Shown here piece by piece: positions 1-10,672 of a stretch of 64,000 nucleotides of DNA; position 1 is the first letter of the stretch; every line of letters starts with the position of its first letter. Both the position numbers and the translations under genes were made by a program. The DNA is taken from contig CAVSLV010000001.1 of NCBI GenBank assembly GCA_963728915.1, positions 1,440,001-1,504,000 of the forward strand. The letters are read 5' to 3'. Below the pieces are notes generated by a model that did no database searches, was not told the DNA's origin, and saw only the letters and a program-made list of their open reading frames with translations. The DNA is from an uncultured Gemmatimonadales bacterium. GTDB taxonomy: Bacteria > Gemmatimonadota > Gemmatimonadetes > Gemmatimonadales > GWC2-71-9.

Positions 1-92
1 GTCGACAGGAATCCCCCCAGCACCACCGCGGTAATGCCGAGGTGGATGACGGTGTCGACCGCATCGAGCCCGACCACCGATTTGAACGACAT
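1..92 (-). CDS. Partial small membrane protein (5' part; runs off the window)
   Basis: Manual translation from ATG at 92: MSFKSVVGLDAVDTVIHLGITAVVLGGFLS...; the ATG overlaps the TGA of the upstream gene (TGATG coupling). Confidence 0.6.
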   Translation of the reverse strand, partial: MSFKSVVGLDAVDTVIHLGITAVVLGGFLS

Positions 93-352
93 CAGGCCGA
101 TCCCTGCGGCAGCTCGCTGGACTGCTTGTTGGCCAGGAGCCGTTCCGTGAAGTCGACCCGCTCCTGCAATTCCATCACGTCGCTTCGAAGCCGGTCCAGC
201 TCGTTGAGGACCTCGGGATCGGGGGCGCCGACCGGAGTCCGCCCATGCCGGATCCGTTCCGCCAGGGCTTTCCCGACCGGGCTGATCGCGAGCAGGAAGA
301 GGGTTCCTCCCCCGAAAATGAAAATGATGGCGAGCACGCCTTCGATGTCCAT
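92..352 (-). CDS. Small single-TM coiled-coil protein (PspB-like, ExQERxDFTERLL motif)
   Basis: 86 aa; N-terminal hydrophobic helix; C-terminal ELQERVDFTERLL shared with the neighbouring gene. Confidence 0.75.
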   Translation of the reverse strand: MDIEGVLAIIFIFGGGTLFLLAISPVGKALAERIRHGRTPVGAPDPEVLNELDRLRSDVMELQERVDFTERLLANKQSSELPQGSA

Positions 353-355
353 CGG

Positions 356-658
356 TCAATGACTCGGCTGAACGGACGACCCGGTCCGTTCGGTGGATTG
401 ACGGGCCAGCAGTCGTTCGGTGAAATCCAGTCGTTCCTGCATTTCCACCAGGTCGCCCCGTACTCCTTCGACCTCGCGCCGAAGGGCGTCGAGCTCCAGG
501 AGCGTTTCGGTATTGGGCTCGACCTGGCCACGCAACCGGCTGGCAAAAGCCCGCCCGATTTCGCTTTTCGAGAACACAACGAAGCCCCCGATCAGCATGC
601 CGATGATCGGGATGAACACTCCGAATGCTCCGACCGTACCTGGACCCATGCAGTTCAC
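356..658 (-). CDS. Small single-TM coiled-coil protein, paralog of 92..352
   Basis: 100 aa ORF (start may be ATG 649); TM segment followed by EMQERLDFTERLL. Confidence 0.75.
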   Translation of the reverse strand: MNCMGPGTVGAFGVFIPIIGMLIGGFVVFSKSEIGRAFASRLRGQVEPNTETLLELDALRREVEGVRGDLVEMQERLDFTERLLARQSTERTGSSVQPSH

Positions 659-680
659 TCCGACGGGAACAACGGCCCCC

Positions 681-707
681 TACGTCAGGAAAGGGCCGGG
701 TGTTTCA
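681..707 (-). promoter_or_regulatory. Putative ECF sigma factor promoter (TGAAAC-N17-CGTA)
   Basis: Minus strand reads TGAAAC acccggccctttcctga CGTA, close to the SigW-type ECF consensus, just upstream of 356..658. Confidence 0.5.
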
Positions 708-730
708 CAACGTAACACCTCGAATCTACG

Positions 731-3590
731 TCAGATCCTCCCGTTGAGGAGGGGGGCGAGGACGGCCGCGGTATGACTGGCTTTCACGCCGGCCACCTGC
801 TCGGGTGTTCCCTGTGCCACGATCGCGCCACCCTTGGCGCCCCCCTCGGGACCGAGATCGATGATCCAGTCGGCGGTCTTGATGACATCGAGGTTGTGCT
901 CGATGACCAGGACACTGTTTCCCTTGTCCACCAACCGATGCAGCACGTTGAGCAGCATCCGCACGTCCTCGAAGTGCAACCCGGTCGTGGGCTCGTCAAG
1001 GATATAGAAGGTCCGTCCGGTATCGCGCTTGGCGAGCTCGGTGGCGAGCTTGACCCGCTGGGCTTCGCCTCCCGAAAGCGTGGTCGCCGATTGCCCGAGG
1101 TGGAGATAGCCTAGGCCGACGTCGTTCAGCAAGTCGAGCTTCTCCCGGATTCTGCCCTGGGCAGAAAAAAAAATCGAGCGCATCGGAGACGGTCAGCTCG
1201 AGCACGTCCGCGATACTCCGGCCCTTGTACCGCACCTCGAGGGTTTCCCGATTGTAGCGCCGGCCCTTGCAAACCTCGCACGGGACATAGACGTCGGGCA
1301 GGAAGTGCATCTCGATCTTGACGAGGCCATCGCCTTCACAGGCCTCGCAACGGCCCCCTTTGACGTTGAAGGAGAACCGGCCCGGGCCGTAGCCACGCAT
1401 CCTGGCCTCGGGAAGCTGGGCGAAGAGCTCCCGGATCGGGGTGAACAACCCGGTATAGGTTGCCGGATTCGATCGGGGAGTCCGGCCGATGGGACTCTGG
1501 TCGATGTCGATGACCTTGTCGAGGTGTTGCAACCCCTCGATCCGATCGTGGGACCCGGGAACCACCCTGGCCCTGTAGAAGTGCCGAGCCAGCGCCGCGT
1601 ACAGAAGATCGGTGACCAGACTGGACTTGCCCGAACCCGAGACCCCGGTCACGGCCACGAACAGCCCGAGCGGGACTTCGACCGTCAGATCCCGCAGATT
1701 GTTGGCCCGGGCGCCCACCACCCGGAGAATGCGTTTGGGATCCCGGGCCCGGCGCCCTTTCGGGACCGGGATGCGAAGCTCCCCCCGGAGGTAACGGGCG
1801 GTCAGCGAATCGGGATGGTCGAGGACGGCGCTCACCTGGCCTTGAGTGACGACCTCCCCCCCGGCGCTTCCGGCCCCGGGGCCGAGATCGATGAGATAAT
1901 CGGCGGCGCGAATGGTGTCCTCGTCGTGCTCGACCACGATCACCGTGTTCCCGAGATCGCGCAGTTCCCGCAGGGTGGACAGGAGCCGCGCATTGTCTCT
2001 CTGATGCAGCCCGATGCTCGGCTCATCCAGCACGTAGAGAACCCCTACCAGGCGAGAGCCGATCTGGGTCGCCAGCCGGATCCGCTGGGCTTCGCCCCCA
2101 GAAAGCGAACCCGCGCTTCGTCCCAGCGTGAGGTACTCCAGCCCGACGTTGCGAAGGAAGCTCAGACGATCCCGAATCTCCTTGAGAATGGGCCCACCGA
2201 CCTCGGGGTCAACACCACCTGCCATCCCTCTTCCAACCGGGATCGATTCGAAGAAAATGAGGGCGTCGGTAACTGGCATGTCCACGACATCACCAATGCT
2301 CCGCCCCGCGATGAGGACCGAAAGGCTTTCCGGTTTGAGCCGCCGCCCCTTGCAGACCGGGCAAGGCATTTCGACCAGATAGGCTTCGAGCTGCTGGCGC
2401 ACCGCATCGCTCGCCGATTCCCGGTATCGCCGCTCGACGTTCTTGAGGATGCCTTCCCACTCGGTTTCGAAATCCGACCTGCCGCGGCCTCCGTCCGAGG
2501 AGAATTTGATCGTTCGCCCCGGGGCGCCGTCCAAGAGAAGCCCGCGGGCCTCCGGACCGAGCTGGGCCCAGGGAGCGGCGAGATCGAACTTGAACAGCTT
2601 GGCGAGTGTCGGGAGGACCACCTTGCGGAGATACCCTGACGGTTCACCCCATGGAAGGACCACGCCTTCGAGAATCGAGAGGCTGGGATCTCCCAGAATC
2701 AGGTCCGCGTTGACTTCCTTGCGGGTGCCAAGGCCGTGGCACTCGGGGCAGACCCCGAAGGGAGAATTGAAGGAGAATTGGCGGGGCTCGAGCTCCGGCA
2801 GGGAAAGCCCGCAAACCGGGCAGGAGAAGCGCTCGGAGAACAGACGGGAGGACGCGGACGATTCCCGACCGTCGGCCCGCACGACTTCGACCACGCCGTC
2901 GGCCACCTTGAGGGCGGTCTCAATGGAGTCGTGCAGGCGGCTTCGGTCGGCGGCGCGCACCACGAGCCGGTCCACCACCACCGCCACGTCGTGATTGTGC
3001 CGCCGGTTGAGGGCCGGCACGGCATTGAGGTCGTACACCTCGCCGTCGACCCGCACTCGTACGAACCCGCGCTTCCCAAGATCCTCGAAGAGCTCCTTGA
3101 ACTCGCCCTTGCGACCCCGGACCAGCGGACCCAGCACCTCGATCCGGGTTCCTTGCGGCCAGGCGAGGACCGCGTCGGTGATCTGTGCGGCGCTCTGCTT
3201 CGCAACCGGGGTCCCGTCGCGGGGACAGTGGGGCACGCCGGCGCGGGCCCAAAGGAGCCGCATGTAGTCGTAGATCTCGGTGACCGTACCGACCGTGGAC
3301 CGGGGATTGTGCCCGGTGGACTTCTGCTCGATCGAGATGGCGGGAGATAGCCCATCGATGCCATCGACATCGGGCTTCTCCATGAGCCCGAGGAACTGCC
3401 GGGCGTAGGCCGAGAGGGACTCCACGTAGCGACGCTGCCCCTCGGCATAGATCGTATCGAACGCCAGCGACGATTTCCCGGATCCGGAGAGACCGGTGAT
3501 GACGGTCAGCCGATTCCGGGGAATTTCGACGCTGATGTTCTTGAGGTTGTGCTCGCGGGCACCGCGTATCCGCAGGACTTCATCCGGCAT
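731..3590 (-). CDS. uvrA: Excinuclease ABC subunit A (one +1 frameshift in the A9 run at 1165-1173)
   Basis: [23 protein letters not shown], Zn fingers, two LSGGEAQR signatures; removing one base restores ...[16 protein letters not shown]... Confidence 0.97.
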
Positions 3591-3656
3591 AAGCAGTGAA
3601 AGCTGGCGGGGGACCCGGCTGGATTCAAGAGAGCCGGCTTCGCTTATTTTGAGCCA

Positions 3657-4463
3657 ATGCGCCGCCTGCGCAACAACCGTTCTCCTGACTCCGATGAATT
3701 GACGCTGGAAGGCTTCGATCGCCTCGATCTCGAGGGAGACGCGATCGGACCCGCCGCGGAGGAGATTCCCTGGCTCCGCCCCTTCGGCGCGGACCTGCCA
3801 GGACCGGTGCTGGCCGATTCCCCTTCCGATCCCGCCGAAACCGAGGGCACGAAAACCCTCCGCCAGGCCAGGGCCCTTCTGGAGCTCGGGCGCCGGCTCG
3901 ATGCCATGCTCCTGCTGCGCCGCTCGATCGGAGAGGATCCTCGCGGCGCGGACCCTTCGGCGCGGATGCTCTTGGCCGAGCTGCTGGATCAGGTTGGCGA
4001 GCCGGAGGCGGCCATCGGCGAGCTGAGTGAAGCCCTGGGGCAGCTCGCCGAGACCTATTCAGCCCTGGTCCAGCGGGGCAACCTCCTGGCCAGGATGGGG
4101 AGGCTGCCCGAGGCGGAGCGGGATCTCCGCGCCGCGGTTCGGCAGCGGCCGAAGGACCCCCGGGGACATCACCAGCTCGGGATGACGCTGCTCCGGCGGG
4201 GGCTGGGCGCCGAGGCCGCGCGTTCGCTCGAGGCCGCGCTCCAAGCGGCGCCCAATGACCCGGAGCTCCTCTATCAGCTTGGGGAGGCGCGGCAGAGCAC
4301 CGGCGACCTGGACGGTGCGCTGGCGGTTCTCCAGCGGGCGGCCGGTCAGGCCCCCCGCGATCCCCGCCCCCTCAAGTTGATGGGGCGCCTGCTCGACCGG
4401 CTGGGCCGGACCGAGGAAGCGATGGCGATGCATCGGCGGGCCCGACAGGCCTCGCTCACCTGA
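3657..4463 (+). CDS. Tetratricopeptide repeat protein
   Basis: Repeated TPR-like helices (LG..L...G...EA...L..A....P.DP); divergent from uvrA. Confidence 0.8.
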   Translation: MRRLRNNRSPDSDELTLEGFDRLDLEGDAIGPAAEEIPWLRPFGADLPGPVLADSPSDPAETEGTKTLRQARALLELGRRLDAMLLLRRSIGEDPRGADPSARMLLAELLDQVGEPEAAIGELSEALGQLAETYSALVQRGNLLARMGRLPEAERDLRAAVRQRPKDPRGHHQLGMTLLRRGLGAEAARSLEAALQAAPNDPELLYQLGEARQSTGDLDGALAVLQRAAGQAPRDPRPLKLMGRLLDRLGRTEEAMAMHRRARQASLT

Positions 4464-5950
4464 TGCAACTCGGCCTAACCCGCAGAAACATCGGCCGGCT
4501 GGTGCTGCTGGCCTGGGCGGTCGCCCTCGCGTGGCTGGCGCGCCGGGAGCTGGCCGGCGGGACGCCGAGCACCGCCGAGCTGGTACGCCGCCTCGAGCCC
4601 AGCGCCCAGTTCTTCGCGGTCATGGCGGGGGATCGCCAGATCGGGCAGCTCAACCGGACCGTGGATACCCTGGTGGACGGGGTTCGGCTGACCGAGCTCC
4701 TGGTGCTCGACCTTCCCGATGGCGACACGACCCGCCAGCTCGCCCAGCTGCTGGAGGCCAACCTGAGCCGGGGTCTCCGGTTGCGACAATTCAGCCGGTC
4801 GACGTTCGGGCTGGGCCGGGCCGAGCGCCTGACTGGCGGAACTGGAACCGATTCCACCCTCACCCTGCGGGACTTCGAGGCCAACCTCCCGGCCAGCTCA
4901 CCGGTGTCGCTTTACAGTGGGCCGGATCCGGTCCTTCCGGCCATGATTCCGCTCCGGGCGGCGTTCGAGCGACCGCTCGAGGTGGGCGACCGGCTCGACT
5001 ATTCGCTGTTCGATGTCGGGACCGGTCTGCTGCGTCCGGTCGCGGTGCGCGTGGTCGCGGATTCGGTGATCGTGGTCCCGGATTCCGCCGTCTGGAGCCC
5101 GCCGGACTCCCAATGGGTTCCCGCCGGGTTCGACACCATCCCGGTGTTTCGGCTGGAGCACGACGCCCCAGGCGTCTCCACCTCGACCTGGGTGGACCGG
5201 CAGGGTAGCATCGTCGCGGAGGAGATCCAGGGCGGATATCGCCTGGTGCGGTCCGCGTTCGAAATCGTGAGTACCAACTATCGCCAGCTCCGGCGATCGG
5301 AGTCCTCGGGCTGGCGCCGGGGTGTTCCCGGCCTCGGTCTCACCGAGTTCGGCGGCCACGTCGCTCCGGCGGCACGCGGATTCCGGATAACCGACTGGAC
5401 CGGGGCGGATCTGGTCCGGAGCCCTAACCCGCCCGCCGACCCCAGCCAGCCGCCCGGGGATTCGCTGATGCGATGGCGATTGCCGTTCTGGGATCTGGGG
5501 GTGCTGCAGGCCTCCGAAGTCCGCGAGGAGGCAGCCACCGCGCTGCGCGGCGCGGCGACCCGGATCGACAGCGTGAAACAGCTCACCGGGTGGGTGGCGC
5601 GGCGGATCGGCACCGATGGGTCCCCCCGCGCGTTTGGAACCGCGATGAACACCTTGCTGGCCCGACGGGGAAGCCAGGACGGCAAGGCCCGACTCCTGGT
5701 CACCCTGGCGCGGTCCGTCGGCATCCCCGCCCGGGTCCTCCGCGGCGTGGAGGTCCGCAGTACAGGAGTCGTAGGACGGTCGTGGACCGAGCTCTGGGCT
5801 GACGGGTGGATCGCGGTAGATCCGGTGTCCGGCGACGTGCCGGCCGGGAAGGCCTTGCTCCCGATCGCCGTGGGCGAACGGAGCTTGCCCACCGACCTGG
5901 TCCCCCTGCTGGCCTCGGCGCGCTTCTTGCCAATTGCGCTCTCTCGATGA
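4463..5950 (+). CDS. Membrane-anchored transglutaminase-like domain protein (degenerate active site)
   Basis: N-terminal TM; C-terminal LARSVGIPARVLRG...WTELW...WIAVDP pattern typical of the transglutaminase-like core. Confidence 0.75.
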   Translation: MQLGLTRRNIGRLVLLAWAVALAWLARRELAGGTPSTAELVRRLEPSAQFFAVMAGDRQIGQLNRTVDTLVDGVRLTELLVLDLPDGDTTRQLAQLLEANLSRGLRLRQFSRSTFGLGRAERLTGGTGTDSTLTLRDFEANLPASSPVSLYSGPDPVLPAMIPLRAAFERPLEVGDRLDYSLFDVGTGLLRPVAVRVVADSVIVVPDSAVWSPPDSQWVPAGFDTIPVFRLEHDAPGVSTSTWVDRQGSIVAEEIQGGYRLVRSAFEIVSTNYRQLRRSESSGWRRGVPGLGLTEFGGHVAPAARGFRITDWTGADLVRSPNPPADPSQPPGDSLMRWRLPFWDLGVLQASEVREEAATALRGAATRIDSVKQLTGWVARRIGTDGSPRAFGTAMNTLLARRGSQDGKARLLVTLARSVGIPARVLRGVEVRSTGVVGRSWTELWADGWIAVDPVSGDVPAGKALLPIAVGERSLPTDLVPLLASARFLPIALSR

Positions 5951-6705
5951 TCGCGCTCGAGCATCTCACCAAGCGATACGGCAAGTTCACCGCGGTCGAC
6001 GGGATCAACCTGACCATCCCGCGAGGCGAGCTGTACGGCCTGCTGGGCCCGAACGGCGCCGGAAAAACCACGACCATGCGGATGATCGCGGGCATCCTGC
6101 AACCCACCGCCGGGCGGGTCCTCATCGCAGGAATCGATGTGAACGCCGACCCGATCGCCGCGAAGCGCCGGCTGGGCTTCATCCCCGACCGTCCCTTCGT
6201 GTACGACAAGCTGACCGGCATCGAGTTCATGCGGTTCGTGGCCGGACTCTACGGCCAGTCGGGACCGGAGCTCGAGCGCCGCATCGGCGAGCTGCTCGAG
6301 CTCTTCGAGCTCTCGCCGTGGGGAGCCGAGCTCACCGAATCGTACAGTCACGGGATGCGGCAGAAGCTCATCATCGCGAGCGCGCTGCTCCACCGCCCGG
6401 AAGTCATCGTGGTGGACGAGCCGATGATCGGTCTCGACCCCCGAAGCGCGCGGCTGCTCAAGGACCTGCTCCGGGAGTTTGTGAGCCGGGGAGGGACCGT
6501 CCTGATGAGCACCCACACCCTGGAGATCGCCGAAGCGATGTGCGACCGGATCGCCATCGTCCACGGCGGCAAGATCGCGGCGGCGGGTACGATGGCGGAG
6601 CTCCGCACCCAGACGGCTTCGGGCGACGCTTCCCTCGAGGAGTTGTTCCTCAAACTGACCGGCGGCCTGTCGGAGCGCGAGCTGAGTGAGCTTTTCGATC
6701 GCTGA
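5947..6705 (+). CDS. ABC transporter ATP-binding protein
   Basis: Walker A GPNGAGKTT, signature YSHGMRQK, Walker B IVVDEP; ATGA overlap with the upstream gene. Confidence 0.95.
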   Translation: MIALEHLTKRYGKFTAVDGINLTIPRGELYGLLGPNGAGKTTTMRMIAGILQPTAGRVLIAGIDVNADPIAAKRRLGFIPDRPFVYDKLTGIEFMRFVAGLYGQSGPELERRIGELLELFELSPWGAELTESYSHGMRQKLIIASALLHRPEVIVVDEPMIGLDPRSARLLKDLLREFVSRGGTVLMSTHTLEIAEAMCDRIAIVHGGKIAAAGTMAELRTQTASGDASLEELFLKLTGGLSERELSELFDR

Positions 6706-8403
6706 GCCGGCCGATGGATCGGCGGGATTCCGGTCGATCCTCGGCCCGAAATGGCTGAGCCTCCGCAATCGCCTGCGGCGGGAGCGGAGCGGCGCGGGCA
6801 CCCGACTGCTTCTCCTGATCCTCCTGGGCGGCGGCTTCTGGGCCGGCGCGTTCGCGGTCTCCTATCGGGTGCTCCGTTATTTCAAGGGCGTCGAAGAGAT
6901 CGGTCCGCTTCTCGCCGGCAAGCTCCTCGGCGTCGGCCTGCTTTCCTTCGCGGCGATTCTGCTCCTCTCCAATCTGATCACCACCCTGTCGACCTTCTTC
7001 CTGGCCAAGGATCTCGACATGCTGGTGGCGGCGCCGGTCGACTGGATCTGGTTCTACCTGTCCAAGCTCACGGAAACCCTGGCGCACTCCTCCTGGATGG
7101 TCGTGCTGATGATCGTCCCGATCCTCACCGCTTACGGGATCGTCTTTCATGGAGGGCCGTTCTTCCCGCTGGTGGCCGCGGCGGTCCTGCTCCCGTATTT
7201 CGTGCTCCCGACCGTGGTGGGATCGGTGATCACCCTCACGCTGGTGAACATCTTTCCGGCCCGACGCGCCCGCGACCTGCTCAGCCTGGTGGCCCTCCTG
7301 CTCATGGGCGGACTGGTCCTTTTTCTCCGGTTCGCCCAGCCGGAGCAGCTGGCCCGCCCCGAGGGTTTCCGGAACCTGCTCGAGTTCATCGCCACGCTCC
7401 GGGCGCCGAGCCATCCGCTCCTGCCGAGCGAGTGGGCGTCGGCCTCGTTGATGAACTGGCTGCTTCGGGTCAGGGACCCCTTGCCGCCGTTTCTGCTCTG
7501 GAGCACCGCCGCAGCGTTCGTGGTGATCGGCGCGTCCTTTCATCGGCGGCTCTACGCACCGGGGTTCACCAAGTCGCAGGAAGGCGCGACCCGCGGGAAG
7601 GTCGGGTCGGTCGGAGCCCGGGTCCTTGGCGTTCTCCTGGGCTGGCTCCCGGTCACCCGGAGAGAATTCGTCCTCAAGGACGTGCGCCTTTTCTTCCGCG
7701 ATGCCACCCAGTGGAGTCAGCTCATTCTTCTGGCGGTGCTCCTGATCGTCTATGTCTATAACATCAGGGCCCTCCCTCTCTATACCGGTGAAAAAGTCCC
7801 CTACGTGGTGGTGACCCTGGTGGTGTTCCTGAACCAGGGGCTGGCCGGCTTCGTGCTCGCGGCGATCGCGGCGCGGTTCATCTTCCCGGCGGTGTCTCTG
7901 GAAGGCCGTCAGCTCTGGCTCCTGCGCTCGAGCCCGCTCGATCTCCAGGCCATGCTCTGGAGCAAGTACTGGGTCGGCACGGTTCCCCTGCTGGTCCTGG
8001 CCCTGGCGATCGGGCTGATCACCAATCAGATGCTGCAGGCGCCGCCCTTCATGCTGGTCCTGTCGACCCTGACCACGGTCAGCTACACCCTGGCGGTCGG
8101 CGCGCTGGCGCTCGCCATGGGCGTCTTCTATCCGCAGTTCGAAACCGAGAACGCCGCCCAGATCCCGACCAGCTTCGGAGGTCTTGCCTTCATGCTGGCG
8201 GCGGTGTGCCTCCTCATTCTGATCATCGTGATCGAGGCCGTCCCGGTGGCCGACCAGCTTCAGGCCTGGCAGGCGGGGGAGACCGTGTCGATTTCCCCGG
8301 GTCGTTGATCGTGGCGCTCGGGCTGGTGGTTGTGGCCTGCGCCTCGGCGACCGTCATCCCTCTCCATCTCGCCCTGCGCCGCCTGTCCCGCCTCGAGGTG
8401 TAA
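6686..8403 (+). CDS. ABC transporter permease (frameshift near 8295-8305)
   Basis: Multi-TM protein in two homologous halves; last TM helix (SLIVALGLVVVACASATVIPL...LEV*) lies in another frame ending at 8403. Confidence 0.85.
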
Positions 8404-8530
8404 CCCGGTTTTTTTGGCGAGGGCCGGAATGATCGAGGCCCTGATTCTCCCCGACAGCATTCTCACCTTGGGGGAGCCGTCCGCTCCGGCCGCAGTGGCC
8501 GGAGAACGGTACACGCCCAAGGAGAGAACC

Positions 8531-8825
8531 ATGCGATCCCTGATTCGAGGTCTGATGGCCGCGGCGGTCATCGCGCTGCCGGTCCGGGAGCCGGCCGGCC
8601 GTTGTCCACGCCTCCACGCCCGCGCCGGCCGCGGTCACTCCGGCTGCACACGCCGGGACTTTCGATCCCTGCACCGAGGCCTTCGTCGAATTCGCCGCCA
8701 TCTCTACGGTGTACACCGCCACCCTGATCTACTGTCCGCTGGCCACCTGTGTTCCCCTGCTCTACGCCTACAACGACCTTCTCCTCCGGGCGGCAGTGCA
8801 GGTCACCTACTCGTGCGCCATCTGA
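8531..8825 (+). CDS. Small secreted protein with a C-terminal 4-Cys hydrophobic hairpin (apparent +1 frameshift near 8597; missed by the ORF track)
   Basis: RBS AAGGAG before ATG 8531; signal-like MRSLIRGLMAAAVIALPV; the shifted frame reads AVVHASTPAPAAVTPAAHAGTFDPCTEAFVEFAAISTVYTATLIYCPLATCVPLLYAYNDLLLRAAVQVTYSCAI*. Confidence 0.6.
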
Positions 8826-8959
8826 CCTCGAGGCTCCCGTCATTCGGGACGGGATTGCGGTTTCCCGGTCCCCAATTGACCGGGTCCTGATCCCACTTTG
8901 AGCGGATCGCCACCCCGGTCAACGGTGACCGGGGAGCGGTCCGCAACAAGGAGGGATAC

Positions 8960-9769
8960 ATGTTCACAGAAGGGCCTCTCACCAGGCGACAGTTCGCCAG
9001 AATTGCAGCGGCCGGCGCAGGCGCCGCCATGCTGGGTTGTTCGGAGGGAATCCTCGATCCGGAAAAAGAGCTGCTGGTCACCCTGTCGGGGAGGGCGCGC
9101 TACTTCGATCCGTCGGGGAAGGTCGCCGGCACGCACGACCTCGCCCCGGCGGTGGTCTCCGGGTTGATCACCAACCGGGGGCTGGTAGAACCCGACCGGG
9201 TTTCCCACGGGGTGGGGACCCTGCGCCTTCCGGCCCCCCGCGTCCTGGCGTTCGCCGCCGGCGCTGCGCTGACGCCAAGCGTGGTCCACCGCACCGATCG
9301 AGCGGAGGACGGCACCATCATCGAGACCACGATCGAGACAATGGGAAAGGGGGTCCCTGGTCGGCGGTTCGTTCGGATTCCGTCCCGCGGGGTCGAGCTG
9401 GTCGACCGGTTCGACTATGGCAGCTCAGGAGGGCTCAAGGTGATCCAGCAACGAAGGATCGAAGCCCTGGCGGATCGTCGCCTCGTGGTGGATATCACCG
9501 CGGCAGCAACCGGAGAGATCCGGCTCGCGCCGGGCCGGACCCTGCGCATGCTGGTGCAGGGAAGCCCGTTTCTCCCCCAGCGCCTGGAGGCGCAGCAGGA
9601 TTGCGGGATCGACCTCGTCATTCGCTTCGTCGGGGCGACCCTCGGGGTGCTCGCGGCGCTCTCCACCTGCGTCCCATCGGGACCGATCTGTCTCCTCGGG
9701 CTGGTGTCGGCCCTGATCGACTGGTCGGAGTGTGTGGGAGCCATGGAGGCATGCGACAAGGCCATTTGA
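8960..9769 (+). CDS. Tat-exported lipoprotein with a C-terminal Cys-rich hydrophobic hairpin
   Basis: RBS AAGGAGG; twin-arginine TRRQF; lipobox MLGC; C-terminus CGIDLVIRFVGATLGVLAALSTCVPSGPICLLGLVSALIDWSECVGAMEACDKAI. Confidence 0.75.
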   Translation: MFTEGPLTRRQFARIAAAGAGAAMLGCSEGILDPEKELLVTLSGRARYFDPSGKVAGTHDLAPAVVSGLITNRGLVEPDRVSHGVGTLRLPAPRVLAFAAGAALTPSVVHRTDRAEDGTIIETTIETMGKGVPGRRFVRIPSRGVELVDRFDYGSSGGLKVIQQRRIEALADRRLVVDITAAATGEIRLAPGRTLRMLVQGSPFLPQRLEAQQDCGIDLVIRFVGATLGVLAALSTCVPSGPICLLGLVSALIDWSECVGAMEACDKAI

Positions 9770-10136
9770 TGATGGTGAGCCTCCTGGCCCCGCTCCTGGT
9801 GCTCACGGTCGTGAGCATCGCGCGGATCGTCCAGCACGACGCCGGCTTCGGACCGGTGGCCCTCCTGGCCGCCGGGGCGTACCTGACTGTCGTCGCGCCA
9901 CTCTGGTCCTGGCTCGCCGCGAAAGGCCTTGTGCCGAGCGGGTTAGGCCTCCGCGGTTCGCTGCTCCTGGCGGGATATGGCGTCTCGCTGGCCCTGCGGG
10001 GCAGCGGGCTGCTGGGCAGGGGGGCCTACCTGCTGGTCCTCGGGGCGGGGACGGTCTGCCTGGGCGCGCTGGCCGACCAGGCCGCGCGGTCAGGCAGGCA
10101 CCATCGACCCGACCAGGATTCGGCGCGCCGGAGTAA
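9769..10136 (+). CDS. Small multi-TM membrane protein (possible immunity protein); 3' end uncertain
   Basis: TGATG coupling to the previous gene; about 4 hydrophobic segments; the frame runs to 10398 into a convergent gene, so a frameshift and stop at 10134-10136 is likely. Confidence 0.55.
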
Positions 10137-10147
10137 GGCTGCGCGAC

Positions 10148-10672
10148 TCAGGCGGCGACCCGGGAACCGCAGGCCGCGCAGAACCGGTTGCCGCGGTGAG
10201 CGGGGCGCCGCACTGGCCGCAGAACCCGGCCGCCTCGAGGGAGCGTCCGCAGCGGGAGCAGAGGCGGCTTCGGCTCGGGCCGGGGGCCGCAGCGTGATGC
10301 AGGCGAGCAGTGCCGCATCGTTGCCGCCCTCGCGACTCGCTCTGAGCACCTGCAATCGGGCGGCCACCAGCTGCTCGGGATCCGCAGGGACCTGCTGAGT
10401 CGCCGCACGCTCTTCCGCATCCAGGGCGGCAAGCGCTTCCGCCGAGTAGCGCTCCTTGAGCATGTCGTAGTCGCGGTCGGAGAGCTTGCCGGTCGCGCGG
10501 TCGAACTCGATTTCCTTGAGCGCCAGGAGGGCGACCCCGCGACGGGTTTCCTCGGGCGCCTCGGGCTCCGGTGGGCAATTCCGCCAGGGCTGCCGGATCT
10601 CCGGGAGGGCTCGAACACGAGCCACAACACCAGCACCCCAAGAGCGATCGCGCCGAGAACTTCCAGGACCAT
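10148..10672 (-). CDS. Membrane-anchored double zinc-ribbon protein of ccm operons (CcmI-like N-terminus; several frameshifts)
   Basis: MVLEVLGAIALGVLVLWLVFEP; LKEIEFDRATGKLSDRDY; C-terminal CSRCG, CGQCG, CAACG spread over frames. Confidence 0.7.
   Translation of the reverse strand: MVLEVLGAIALGVLVLWLVFEPSRRSGSPGGIAHRSPRRPRKPVAGSPSWRSRKSSSTARPASSPTATTTCSRSATRRKRLPPWMRKSVRRLSRSLRIPSSWWPPDCRCSERVARAATMRHCSPASRCGPRPEPKPPLLPLRTLPRGGRVLRPVRRPAHRGNRFCAACGSRVAA

Noticed and set aside
1165..1173. Phase variation or programmed frameshift in the uvrA A9 tract
   Set aside because: Homopolymer indels are pervasive in this region; a sequencing error is far more parsimonious.
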